Source: Podarcis bocagei (taxonomy: Eukaryota). From it: a DNA stretch of 64,000 nt. Numbering within the stretch: position 1 is the first letter of the stretch; each line of letters begins with the position of its first letter. Position numbers and translations under genes: made by a program. The notes beneath the pieces were generated by a model. The model saw only the letters and a program-made list of their open reading frames with translations, was not told where the DNA came from and searched no databases. The stretch is taken from the NCBI GenBank assembly GCA_964188305.1, contig OZ076889.1. One strand, given 5' to 3'. Below are positions 47,690-61,400 of the stretch, in pieces.

Positions 47690-50600
47690 ACCTGAATGTG
47701 TACTGCAGTTTTATTTATACATGGTAAGTTGGAGTATGAATGTAAATGTAACAAAAAGAATATATTTCAATGCATGAGAAGAAATAACACAAATTCAAAA
47801 ACAAATGCACATATAAATATACATACATACATACATACATACATACATACGTAATTTCACAGGGCTATTTATCATACATCCTAATCGTGTCTCACTTTTA
47901 TATTTTAAAACACTGCTTTATTTTAAACAGCAAGTCTGAAGTCTAGAGTGACACTCATGGAAAAAAGTCAACTGGTATCCTTTCCAATCAATGTGTCACA
48001 GGTGAATTTTGCCAGTAATATGCCAGGGATGCAGTTCAGCATGAAGATACCTGCCCTGAGCCCCACCTGAGCCCAAGGAAATGTTAACATTTGCAAAGTG
48101 TCTCTGGCATGCCCAGTTCTATCCCATTCTATGCACATTACATAAGCTATAACAAACTGTTTCATTAGCACAGCTATAGGCATGAAGTTCTCCACAGGGT
48201 TCAGCCTCGTTTGAAGCCGAGCAGAATTGGAAGTATTCTAGATTGCATGCTAGAATACAACAAGGATGTCTTTTTTTGCTTCTCTGGAGAAATTCCCTCA
48301 TTCTAAAATACAGCCTACCAAAACACACTGATGCACTGCACAAATGCCTACCTTGCATGCTTTTAGATAAGGGCATGAAACACTCTTATACGGCCCACGC
48401 AGGGGACATGGTCTGCCTCTCTCTCCCTTTTTGCCTGTGTGGAACAAAATCTCCCGCTTGCTTTTCTATACACCCTGACTTGAGTTTGCGCACTGCTGTC
48501 AAAATACTCCTTCAGGTCAACAGGAGAGAAGAACTGCAACAAAACAATATATGCAACTGAAAAGTACAATAACATTTTCGTAGCAATTTGGAGTCCTCAA
48601 AGTGCTCCTCGTACATGATCTCAGAGATCCTTACAAATCATCCTGAAAGGCAAATCAGTATTATTATCACACCCCCTATTACAGATGAGGCACTGAGGTT
48701 GAGTGATAGCGGCTTGTCTAAGGCCACCTACTGCATCCATGGCAGAGGCAAGCTGTGAATCAAGCAACTCTTGGTTTACAGGTCATGTCTCTTAGCCAAT
48801 CACAACGCTGTGTTAGCTCCCAAAGAAATAGCTTCCAGCTAGAGATAGGCAGATCTGTCTATTTCCAGTCTCTGTCAGTTTCTCACATGTTCGTTCACAA
48901 ATCTATCACTTCCTGCTTTATCAATCTGCAATTTATTAAAAATCAATACAGAAATTCATATTTAAATATCATTTAAATATGTATTTTTATTACAAAAATC
49001 ATATTTAAATGTGTATTTCATATCCATGTGTGCATTTCTAAATCTACTTTAACCTTAAAAAACACTTATTATTATTTTTACACATTTTGGTATGTATTTT
49101 GGGCCAAGAAGTGCAAAATCGAAGGTCAACTATGGTCCAATCCACGTATTAGGCATATATTAGCCTGGGAGATGTAAATAAGGTCAGTCTGCTTAAAAAT
49201 GTGCTCTTTCATCCCCACTTCCAACAGTCCAGTGCAAGCTGGAGGATACCTTCAACACTTTCTTCTGTCAGGATAAAGATTTTTTGTTTGTTTTTTAAGA
49301 AGGCAGCTTGGTTTGGCACCCACCCACCCCTTAGATGGAGGAGAGAACAACCAAGGGTGTCCCTGGGAAAGAGCAGAAGAGGAATGAGATACAACTAGCT
49401 TAACACCAAGGTGGAACTCCTAGGCCCTGACTGGATTCATAGACACCCCACCTTAGTGAAGAACAAAGGCCTTTTCATGCCCTTGAAAAGAGACAAGGCT
49501 ACACCCCATCAAACTCAACAGAGATGAGCAGAGCAACAAGATGTATCCCGCCAGTGGCCGTTTTTAATAGAATGCAAATGTAAAACTATTGGCATCACAC
49601 TTATACACAATGCTAGTAAACTTACTCTACAGTTTTTAGGTTTTCCACATTACCAAAGTAGAGCAGACTATGTTGAAGGGGTGATACAAGACCACTGGAA
49701 AACAGGTTTCTGCGCCCTTTTCAGTTTGCATCTTGTTTAAGCATCAAAATATCAAGGCTCAGTTTTTCAAACACCCAGCCGTCATCACTTGGCCCTCTCT
49801 GCCCAGGTTGTCAGGAGGACTCGGCATGCTGGGTGAGCACTTCCTTTTCCATCCCATGTTATATTACCTCTCACTGTTGAGGACAGGTATGGTGAACCTG
49901 TGGCCCTCCAGATGTTGATGAACTTCAACTCCCATCATCAGTAATCAGCATGGCCAATGGTCAGGGATGATGGTAGTCCAGCAGCATCTGGAGAACCAAA
50001 GATACTCTGAACGCTGCCACCAGTATTTAATTTCTGGAAGAGCAAAATGGTGGAACTCAAACTTGCCTGGAACCCACACCCTCTAATCAGATCCCACTCC
50101 ATGGCTACCTAGAGGAGAGGTTACGGTATGCTGCACATTTTCAAAGGCAACTTGGTTTGATCACTTGATAGGTTCCTGGTCCAAGTTCTAGCTTAATTTA
50201 AGCTTAGTATACCATAATGTGTCATGCAGAGATAACTCACACCTGATGCTTCTGAGTAACTACAAGTGACATATCTTGAGTAGCCACAGTTCAATGGTAG
50301 ACCACATGAAGTAGGTCCCTGGTTCATTTCCCAGTATCTAGTTACAAACAATTTGGGAACAAACTTTGCTTCATAAGTTGGAGAGATTCCCTTAATGCCA
50401 ACAAAACCTCTTAATGCCAACCAATCTACCCCAAACAAGAAATATACCAAGCCTTCAATAAAAATAGAGCAAGAATTCTAAAATTCACATAAAATATACA
50501 AAACATAGCTATAACTTGCATTGGAACAACAGAAGAGCTTCCATCAAAAGGGGAAGCTAGCACATAATTTAAGACTAACATTTCTAAAAAGGATGTAAAT

Positions 50601-52364
50601 TATGGAGGACAATTCACATTCTATGTAGGTACCTTAGGACTGGAGCAGACACAATAAAATAGACTTGTAACAAACCTTTTCTTTCTCTAGCTTTCTCCTT
50701 TGAAGGTGAGTGAAGTACCTATATTTACCCCCTTATTAGAGCTGATAATGGCTTGGGGAGATGCTGCCAGAGTTAATCACCACCTCTCCAGCCAACCGAG
50801 TAGCTACAGGGGTTGCTATCCACATCCGTTCAAAACTGTGAAATATGAAGAACACCATCACCAAGGGGGAAAACACCATCATCAAGCCATTTCTGTATGT
50901 TTAAGATCTGAATAAGTTGTCCAATCACTAAAAGAAGCAACACCTGCACCTTAAACATTTCCCTTCCCATCTGGCTGGGTAGCCCCAGTAAGCATCTGTC
51001 CTATTTTCTGAGTTCAGGAAAGTACGAGGGTGTTTTATAGTGCGTAAAAGGATTCCTACACTAATCTTATTGGTTCGTTCTTACAAGCTGTTTGGGGAGC
51101 TGAAGTTTTCCCCCCTTCCTTAGTCTACGAAAGATGTAAAGCACACTAAGAGAGATCAACCAGCTAAGAACAAACATTAAATCACTGAAGAACGTTCTGA
51201 GAAACAAAAGGTGTCTGTCAGCATTCTTATGTCTCAGTTCAGGCGCTCGATTGATCTACTATTTAGTTCTGACAGTGATCAGTAGGCATTGAGAGGCATA
51301 ACATTTCCAAATATTTATTGGTTTGGCAACCACACATGACCTGAGAACTTTCCTACAGGTGGAAAGGCAAGACAACTTAATAGATTGAATTTGTTCTCAG
51401 GTCCAAGGCAGGTTAATGGAAGTTTGGACAGATGATATTACTATGTAAAAGTGGAAAGAGGCTTCTGCAGTAACCACCTCCAGTCTACCACATTCAAACA
51501 TCCTTTTAGACAGACCCTGAACCTTTCCCTCCTGACATAAAAGCTCCTCTGGTATCTCTTTCTCTTCAGAACACCTAGTGGAGTGGGGCAGGGGAAGGAG
51601 AAGGAAAGAAAACCAAAGGAAAATGCAAGAACTGGTAAATGCATGTGTGTTGCGCCAAGTGTGGCAAAGCACCGAAGATTACAAGCAGCACATACTGGGT
51701 GGAAGCCACATGGCAAGGCAACTTAATGTTTTTGGTTCCACCCGTGAGCCTCAATTTTCTACTTTTGGCAACCCATTCACAAAGCTCTGCTTGCTTCTTC
51801 TAAAGTCTGGGGTGGGAAATGCTTGTCCATCACCATTAGCTTTCTCCACTTCCGTTGGTTGCCATGAAAGGCAGTGATTAGACTAATGCTGCCACTCAGT
51901 GAGTTCTCCTTCATCTTTGAACCCAAGAGTCGTCAGTTCAATACTGGCTGGAATGATACAGAGCATGCTCGTCTCTTTGAAAACCTCTCCCCAAAAGATA
52001 CTGCGTTTATTCTGTAATTTAAAAAAAGAAAGAAAGAAAACAAGGTTCAAGATTGAGTTTTAAGAGTCTGTTTCCTTCTGTACATGGCTTTGTAAGGCAG
52101 AAGAATCTACTGAATACAGTAATATGAGACAGCCAGTTTCCAGAATTCATATGAAATTCATCCTTTTGTTTCTTCAGTTAAAAAAAACCACTGACTGATT
52201 AAAGACTCGCGTCTTGTATGAAATATTCTATTTTCTAAAAAAAGAAAAAGGAAGAAAAGAGTATATATATTTTTCTCTTGAGTTCTTTTCTACTACTAGT
52301 TGTTGATTTGCTCTCTGGCTTGATGAGGAGGAATCCAACATCTCTCTTTAACAGGGGCTGGTTA
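47690..52364 (-). other. CNTN2: Probable long CNTN2 3' UTR
   Basis: Downstream of the stop on the - strand; minus-strand AATAAA at 52006-52011, 51314-51319 and 47710-47715; the end point is inferred. Confidence 0.45.
47821..47850 (+). repeat. (ACAT)n tetranucleotide microsatellite
   Basis: About 7.5 perfect units. Confidence 0.9.
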
Positions 52365-52474
52365 TCAGAGCTCCAAGCAACCCATTAGTGCAGACAGAAT
52401 TAGTGAGTACATCAGAGCAACCACTGTATTTGCCACTGGACGGTCAGCAGAATTTTGCACCATCATACTGGTCC
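52365..52474 (-). CDS. CNTN2: CNTN2 last exon, GPI-anchor signal ([36 protein letters not shown])
   Basis: tacag|GG ACC ... CTC TGA, 110 nt. Confidence 0.92.
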
Positions 52475-55400
52475 CTGTAAGAAAGAAACAATGCTGTTGA
52501 GTTGCAAAAACACAAGTAAAAAGGCCCTTTGTTTTGAACAAGCAGAAGCTTCAGAATTTCCTGAAGTGTTTGTTCTGCATTTTCCATTGTATGCTATGCT
52601 CCAGGGGAAGGGGAAGGCAAAGGCAAAGGCAAAACACTGGATCAGCAAGTCAGCATTGCTCCAGTACTGGAGCAAACTCTAGATTCCAGAACCAGTGGGG
52701 GCAGATTCTGGGAGCCTGGAGATCAACGCTATGCATGATATATTTCTGAAGCATGGCTTGGGGTCTGTGTGTTCAATGAATGCATTCTGACGTATGTGTG
52801 TAGCTTGCCTATGCACGCATGCACAAGAGGCTCATGTGGTTTGTCCTTTAACTGTCCCTGTTATGGCTTTGGATTAGCTGCTGGGGCCGTGACAATATAG
52901 CTGAACATCCAGGCCTATTCAAAACACCCCACTGATGGCAAAACATTTTTGAAATGGTGGAAGCCTATTGTGTGAATGTTTATGTACCTAGAGACATGTC
53001 AAGGGTACTTCAATCATCTGCAGTTTCCAGCTTCCCTCCCTATTCCGCCCATTAAATTCCTAGTTCCTCCTGTTACATGAAGGCTGTGCAGATGTTTCTC
53101 AGTTTGTCCTTGACTCCCAGTTTATCCTTCTCAGTCCATCTCCCACTGCAGATCTTTCTCTCCCTTTTACATAAGAGAAGTGCTCATGGTAAGATAGGCT
53201 AGTTGAAGGATGCCCAACTTTTACTTACATAAGTGAAACAAAGGCCAGCTAGGAGAGAAGTATTCTAAAATACAAGCCATTTATAGTGGGATGTATTTGT
53301 ACAGAGAGTTTTGTTGATCTATTCATTCAATTAGTGCATTGCTTAATTGATCACTCAACTGCTTGCGTTGCAATACATTTCTCAATATTATTGATTTACT
53401 GATGAAGAACTACTGTTTCACTCTGTTCTTATCCAAGGTTTTTTTTGGTGTTTGTGTGTTTTTAAGCAAACCAAACACTGGCATGATTATTTTCTGACTT
53501 TGTTCCAGAGACCTTTTTGAGTGTGCAGCTGATGTAACAGTCCTGCTTCTGTGTGCATATGTCAGCCACTATAACTGGATTTCTTAGGAGTTTGCTTGCC
53601 TCTTCAAAATGAATTTGAGACAACTAAACTTGAGTTTAAGGGCTTACTGTTCTACCCAGTGCTTTTTTTCCTGGTGGTATGCAATGGTACACAGTACCAC
53701 CACCTTTTATTGGGAAGGAGGAAGGAGGGCTCTTGGACCCTGTCACAGCATTGAACCTCCTTCCCTAAGCTGGGCAAATGCTTCCTGGACTTTGGGAAGG
53801 AGGTGCAACGCTCTGACAGGATCCTGGAGCCCTTCTGCCTCCTTCCCCAAGCAGGAATTGTTCTATATGTAATTGCTTTTCCTGGCCCTGAAGAAATTTT
53901 GCACCCAGGGCAATTAACCAGAGTACCAGCACCTTTTTTCCTAAAAACAAAGTACTGGTGCTACCCCACCCTCCACCATGCTCCACTACTGCATTGCTTC
54001 TTCAACTTCCTAAACACAGGTCCCAAACACATTTCACAGTGGTGGCTGAACCTGTACTTCTAGTGTTGTTATCAAAATTCTTACTCCCTGGCTTGGAAGT
54101 ATGAACCTCAGAGCCCATGGCGCTTGCTTCAAGTGTAAGGTCACCCCTGCAGCCCTGTAATTCTTATCCAGTTAAGATTTTATTTAATCCAAGTCTGCGC
54201 AGAACTGAACTCCTTTGCCCCCTCATCACATATTTCAATTCACCCAGGGTTTTAATATGCATTAGAATGTTTATGGGATGGGTTCCATGTCCCATTTCAC
54301 TACCAAATCGAAACGCTCTGACTAAATACCCATGGACACTGGGCAGGAGTTCAGGCAAGGCACACTTTCCAACTCAAGTGTGGAACAAGAGTCCTTATTC
54401 ATCCTCCATACTGGAGAAATGTGACCCAGCAATACAGCATTCAATCTTGTTATTTCCCCAGCATTTATCCCTGTTAATTTCCCACTGTCACACCAAAGCA
54501 GAGAACCAAGTAACAAAGCCAGGGGAGAATAAACTTGCCCGTTACTAAAGGCAATTGATCCTGCCGTTTTTAACTTGCCTGCTGGGGCGAAAAGTTGAGC
54601 CTACACGATAAATGTAGAATAAGGAGAAAAGAGAAGAGCAGACGCACCACTGTTTCTCAGGATGCGCACCTCTGCTGGGACTCCATCTCCTCCTGGACCA
54701 GTCGTCCTGATTTGCACCACTGCATGAGTAGAGTCTTCTGGAACCATGATCTCAATCCAATTTTTGGCGGCTGTGTACAGAACAGGAGCTGAGTGCGGGT
54801 CCGACTGGTACAGCATCTATTGGGAGGAGACATGTTGAGTTTACTGTTGTTGAGTCCCCTTCAACTTCACTCCCATCCCTCAATTATTTTTAAGGAACTA
54901 GTAGTCACAGGGGCGGCATGTGCGTTTTCCAATATCTTGCAGAAGGCTCCTGAGCCTGATCTTGTGCAAATTTACTTGGGAGTTAAGCCCTTGTTTAGAA
55001 ATCAAATGTTGATGGGACTTACAGAACCACAGTACAGAGAAAGAATGGAGCAGCCTTTTAAGATCTGGATTTAATTCCCCCGGGAAAGCTTAGTGGTTTT
55101 TAATGTATGTATTTGATAGTTGCCTTAGTTCCATGCTGCACACAGCATTTTATTGTGCTGGTTGTGTATCTGGACTTTTATACCGGTTGTCTCTTAAGTT
55201 TATTGTGGTTTTATTGCAGTATGGATTTACTGTTATTTTTTATTTCATTTATTTTTTATTTGTGCAATGCCTAGAGCATTTATTTTATGAGGAGTCTCGC
55301 TCACTCCGTAAATTAATGAAATACCACCCTGCCACCCAGTGTTATTTCTCAGGGGGGTATACTTTGCACTGACTTATTATACTGCATTTCAGAAGTTAAG

Positions 55401-58400
55401 AATCCTTCAGCCAAGGGCGGTGGTGGAGGGGGAACTTTCTACAAGTTACCTTGTACCCAGTGACAGCAGACTCATCTGAATTGGCAACCACAGGATCCCA
55501 CTTGATGCTAATGCTGGTGCTGGAAAACTTCCAGGAAATGTTGCTTGGTGGCCTTTTTGGTGCTAGAGGATACAAAATGGCAGAGATCTTTACTACAGCA
55601 ACAGAAAGCAAGATAGAGGCCTACAGACAATGCTTTGGCTGATGAAATCCAATCCACACAACCCTTCCTCCCACCTGCCATCTGGCTACCCATTCTACAA
55701 ATCTGGGAGCATTCCCTGTTCTCTCTCACCCATTCCTCCTGTGCTCCACTTTCTCCCATCTCCTCAGTCATTCTAGCCCAGGCACAGGCAAACTCCGGCC
55801 CTCCAGATGTTTGGGAATGCAATTCCCATCATCCCTGACCACTGGTCCTGTTAGCTAGGGATGATGGGAGTTGTAGTCCCAGACATCTGGAGGGCTGGAG
55901 TTTGCCTATGCCCACTGGTGGAGGAAGAGGAGTGCGGGGGGGGGACGCACCGCCCCCGGCAGTGCGATCCCAGGGGGGTGCCATCGCGGCTGTGCCCTCC
56001 ACCCGCTCTGGGGGCCATGCCTCCACTCTGGGTGCCATGCCCCACTCCCGTCTGCTCTCCGCCCCCCAGTGTCGGAGCATGAAACTCTACCACTGCCTAT
56101 GCCTGTTCTAGCCTCTTGGGAAAGGGCTGTAGATCAGCGGCAGAGCATGCAGAAGGTCCCAAGTTCAACCCCTGGCATCTTCAGGTAAGGCTGGGACTCC
56201 TGCCTGAAGCCCTGTAGAGCTGCTGCCAGTCAGTGTAGATATTTTCTAATACTGAACTAGATGGACCAGTGGTCTGAGTCAGTATAAGGCACCACCCTAT
56301 GTCTCTCTGCCCTCCTCCCACCTTCTTACTTACCTTCTTCTTTTCTCCTCAATTCTTAGTCATCCCCATTTCTCTCTCCCAATGTCTCTCCTCCCTGATG
56401 TACATGTACAGAATACATTGAGCCCTCATTGCCATAAAGATGATACAGTTGCTTCCCTCCCACTCCAGCTCTAACGCTGGTAATTGGAAAGGGAATCCTC
56501 TCCGGGCCAGTTCTACCACAAGGCACAGTGTGCCATATGCATAAGGCATCAGATTTTGAGTGTCATTCAATAATGACAAATTGCAAATGTTAGAGGAAGC
56601 CACTCTGGGATGGATCTACCGGAAATTTGGCAGCCCAAATTTACTCTGCAAGGACTCATTTGCTTGCAAATTTCATCCACTTATGTGAAAAGGGAGGAAA
56701 ATGGTTAACGTCATTTGTAGCTTCTTCGTGATATTAAATTGGGTGAAACAAAGCTTTGGACTTAACACATCAGATTTGGACCCAATTCACAAATCAAATC
56801 AGATGGATAGGGATCTGAAACAGATCAGGCTGCTTTCAAATGCTATGAATACAAGGCAAATGTTGTGGTTGGGGCACACCCTTAGTCAACACACAGACAA
56901 CCCCCTCCCCCCAACACTATATAATGTATATACTGCTTTTCTATACAAGAAGATAAACCCAAAGCAGCTTGCAAGTTAAAATAAATAAAACCATCATAGA
57001 TGCAACACACATTATAAAGCACAAAAACCACAGCAATAAAAAGGAAAAAAAGCAGGCATAGTAAGCTACAGACACACATATCAGAGGTGACTGAAGTATT
57101 TACAGAAAAGAAAGGCAGCTTCATCTAATGCTCACTCACGTGGTTTTGTAGTCATGAAACTGGTGGGAGGACTGGCTGGCCCAGTCCCAGCTCGGTTGTA
57201 AGCCCTGATAGCCACACGATACTTGGTGTTAGGTTGGAGGTCTGTTACACGTGCTGAGTTGACAAGTCCCGCAGTCCTCACTCTGTCAGCAGCCTCCTCT
57301 TTGTCACCATGTTTCCAGTACCGGATCTGAAGACAGGGACACATGGCAATCTGAGCTCCTTTGACACTGAGGTGTTTTATTTTTAAGTCAGCAGTAAGAC
57401 TATTTCCTCTGAGCAGCCCATATCAGCTTATCCACAAGAGGAGATTCTGCCATGTTATCAGACTGAACTGAGGTGGCTCTGCAAACAGTTGCTGAGATAC
57501 CACCCTGCCAGTCCAATGCTTCTTTTTGTGGGGTTGTCTCTGAACCTGAGCCTTGCTCCAGATCCACTCCTTCCCCTTTCTTCTTACCTCATAGCCCAAA
57601 AGGACTCCGTTCATTTCATGTTGCTCCACGGGATCCCAAGAAAAATCTGCTTCTGTGGCCGACACTGCCTTGAGAGTAACGTTAGAGGGAGCCACTCTTG
57701 GTTCTGTGGACATACAACAGCAAAACCTTGGAATTATGGGCAAATCTAATCCAAGTCTAGAAATATCTGCAAGGCGCAAAGATCAGGAGCCAGACACTTG
57801 GCCTCCTGTCAAAGGGCAAGGCAGGAAACAACTCTTGCAATGCTATTGATCTGGTGCTCTTGAGAGAAGCATCAGGTGGAAATTGAACTGAGGCGAAGCA
57901 ATACTCGGAAGTATGCAATTCACTCTTATGATCCCAGCCTACCTTCCTCTGCAGAATGCACAATGGACACCAGGCTCTCTGGCCCCTCCCCCTTCCTGTT
58001 GAAGGCCTTGATCTTCACTTCAAAGGGAGTATAGGGTGCGATGCTCTCATTGCGATAAACATAATGTAGGGATTCCGCATGGGGCACGCTTGCTGTCTTC
58101 CACACCTGAGTGCCTTCTTTGCGAAAAGAGAGCCTATATCCAAAGCCGTCTCCATTTTGGTACTCCCGTTGCATTGGCTGAAATGCAGGTTTGGACCAGT
58201 TGAGGGGGAAAACAAAACAGAAAGACTCCACAACATTGGTCTGGATCCAGATTTCATATTCACATGACATGCTTTATACAGATTTATGCATACAACAGTG
58301 ACATGCCAGCTGGTCAAACGAGCAAGAGAACAAAAAGGAGGTAAAATCTGGACTCGGGTAGCACAGTTTAAAATCAAGTATCCTTAGAAACGAGAAGTAC

Positions 58401-61400
58401 TTAGTAAGGTTATCTGAAGACTTGTAATGATATTTTTTTTACTTTTCTAATTTAAATTTTGAGGTGTTTTGTAATGAGTTATATTAGAATTGGAAGATAC
58501 GTATATAAAGTGCTGTGATATAAAGGTTACTTTTGAAAGCCAAGAAGTGGGAGGGAAAGAAGTCAGTAGGCTGTAAAGAGCCAAATAAGTTAAGTGGGTA
58601 ACAATGATGTGACTGTATATGTTTAAATGGAAAATTAATAAAAAATATTTTAAGAAAAGAAAAGAAAAGTACTATTCACATGGAAATAATCCCGGATCCT
58701 TCTTTAAAGGATTTGTGGGATTTGACATCTTTCCGCAGGGCCTGCAAGACGGAGCTGTTCTGCCAGGCCTTTGGTCGGGGTTCAGTCTGATTCTTTTCTT
58801 TCTGTATAAGAACAAGCATTAAAGAGGCTTCCTAGTCCACTCGCAGGTCCTTTATAAGACCAGTGGTAACAGTTGGCCCTAGAGAATATTAACCACTCTC
58901 AATTTTACCCATGGATTGCCATCTGTCCAGATTTTAATTTGCTCTGAACTAATTTTAAGATGTATTTTAATTAATTGATTGCCTGTTTTTATGTTCTTAT
59001 GCTCTTTGTATACTGTCTTAGTTTTATGATGTTAGCCGCCCTGAGCTAACTACTACTACTACTATTATTATAGATCAAATAGGGATCTTTTTTATAGAAA
59101 ATAAAAGCCTATATTACTCTCAATTGATAGATTTATTTTACAAACATGTGCAAATTGAACTTCTTTATTAACTACATTATCTGCATAATAGGATGGCAAA
59201 TGGTGAGCTGGCACCAGAAGTGGCCTGGGAGGTAGTGGGATCCTTCCAGCAGTGGAGGTGCCACATGTGGCACATTTGCCCTAGAACATGGACTGGACGG
59301 CAACATCAGCCAGCAGGTAGACTGCCTGATGTCGGGATCCCTGCCCAATGCTGTGACAAACTCTGGTAAGCTGTAACCAAAGAAAGCTACAGTCATTGTT
59401 AACCCCTACTATTTCCATGTGTTTGTGCTCCTGAACAACAAACATGCTTTTGCACGTAACACACAGTGATTATTTTGCCTACTCCCAGAAGAAATGCAAA
59501 GAAAAACAGAGAGCTGTCAGCAATGAAATTGCCCACTTTTGCTTACCGCCCAGTTGATGATGAGTTCTCCAGGTGCTCCTCCTCCTCCATTGAGCCCAGA
59601 TGGTGCAACAGTAGGGGCTGGAGTGGTCCCCCCAAAGAGAGGCAGAAGATGACATGTTAAATCGGAAAACAAAAGTCAAGCAATACTGAAGAAAAGCACC
59701 GTTTCAATAATTAGAATCAATCAACTACATCATAAAGAAGGTATATTGAAGCAGAAATTCAGCTAGATTGTTCTACTGAACTTTCACCTGTGAAATATGA
59801 GTGTCAACTAAAAAAAAAAAAATTAAAGGACATCACTTTGGAAAGTCTAAGGAAGTCCAAAAATGCATGCACTTAAAAAAGAAGGCCCAATAAATCACTG
59901 CAAAAACTTTGTGGAGTTTTAAAATCAGACGTTCTAGTCCTCATGAAAATGTGAAGGTCATGTATCTTATAAGTTCATAAGCTGAAGAAGCAATTGATTG
60001 TGACAACCACTGGGTCAAAATAATTTCTGTGAGTCATTCCATCATTATAAGAATTCTGATAGCACCATGCAGTGAAACAACAACAACTTCTTCTTCTTCT
60101 GGCTTTGGAAAATACCTTATTACATTTTTACCCCACCTTTCTTCCCAAAGGAGCTCAGGACAGCATACAACAAAAATACAGGCACAAAAATTAGAGTTAA
60201 AATCTGTTTCAGAATAAAATATCACTAAGATAGATAAGTACAGCAGGTGAGCGAAGCAATTTTGTAAGAAGGCATTTTCATACTACACCAAAATGCTGAT
60301 CAGGTGGGGGAAGAGCTACAGCTTTACAGGGAGGGAGTTTCATAACCACAAGGCCCACCAAAGAGAAGACCCTACCCTGCATCACCACCGGGTGGTGTAC
60401 TCACCAGCTTCTTTGGTGCGGATCTTGGTAGAAGGCACACTGGGTTCTCCCACTCCAAGGATGTTGCTGGCCAGTACTCGAAATTCATAATCCATCCATG
60501 GTATGAGGTTGGCCACTTGGGCCGTCTCTGCATTACCTTCAATATTTGCAGGATCTATAACCCAAAAGCACGAGAATAGAACAAATAGAGCAAGCAGTGC
60601 TAAAGGAATAACAGCGAAGCCTCCTACTGAAGCCTGTTCCGTGTGGGCCACTGCCCTCAAGACACTTACTGGTGCGCACTTGCTTCCACTTGGAGAAGAG
60701 TGGAGTGCGGGCCTGGATGACATATTTGGCAATGGGGCTGTGGTTATCAAAGCCTCGGCTCCAGCTCAGCTGCACAGTGGTGTCCTTGATGTCCCTCACC
60801 ACCAACCCGCCAGGTGGCCCTGGAGGACCTACCAAAAAGGGAAGAACAACAGACACAATGACATCCCAGAACCACGTAGAAGAACATTAAGAGAGAGGAC
60901 TTTTGCTTCATGATACGTGTGCACATAATGCCTGTGCTAAAGGAGCTGCACTTGCTGCTGTTTAGTTACTGAGCCAGATTTAAGATGTCCATTTTCCTAC
61001 ATAAAGCCCTGAACAACTCAGAGCTACATCTTCTTCTGTACAGATTGAAGTCTGCAGATGGAGCCATCCTGACTGTACCAGGACCTATTAGGGGGGCAGT
61101 GCAGAGGAGGGCACGTGCCATATGGAATGGGCTTCTCCATTGTGGCACCTGCCATATGGAATGGGCTTCCCATGGAGATTAGGTGAGCACCAATCGTGTG
61201 GTGTTTTTGCCACCAGTTGAGGTCACACCTCTTTACCAAGGCTTTCCCTGATCCTCAGTATCTTCCTATATAAAGAGAAATGTAAGGCTGTCATCACACA
61301 GCCCCCGTTGAAGGATTTGTAGTAACACACCACATTTCTGGATTTGCATTAAGTAAATCTTTCCACCTTGTTAGAAAAAGGTTCCATCTCTCTCTTTTGC

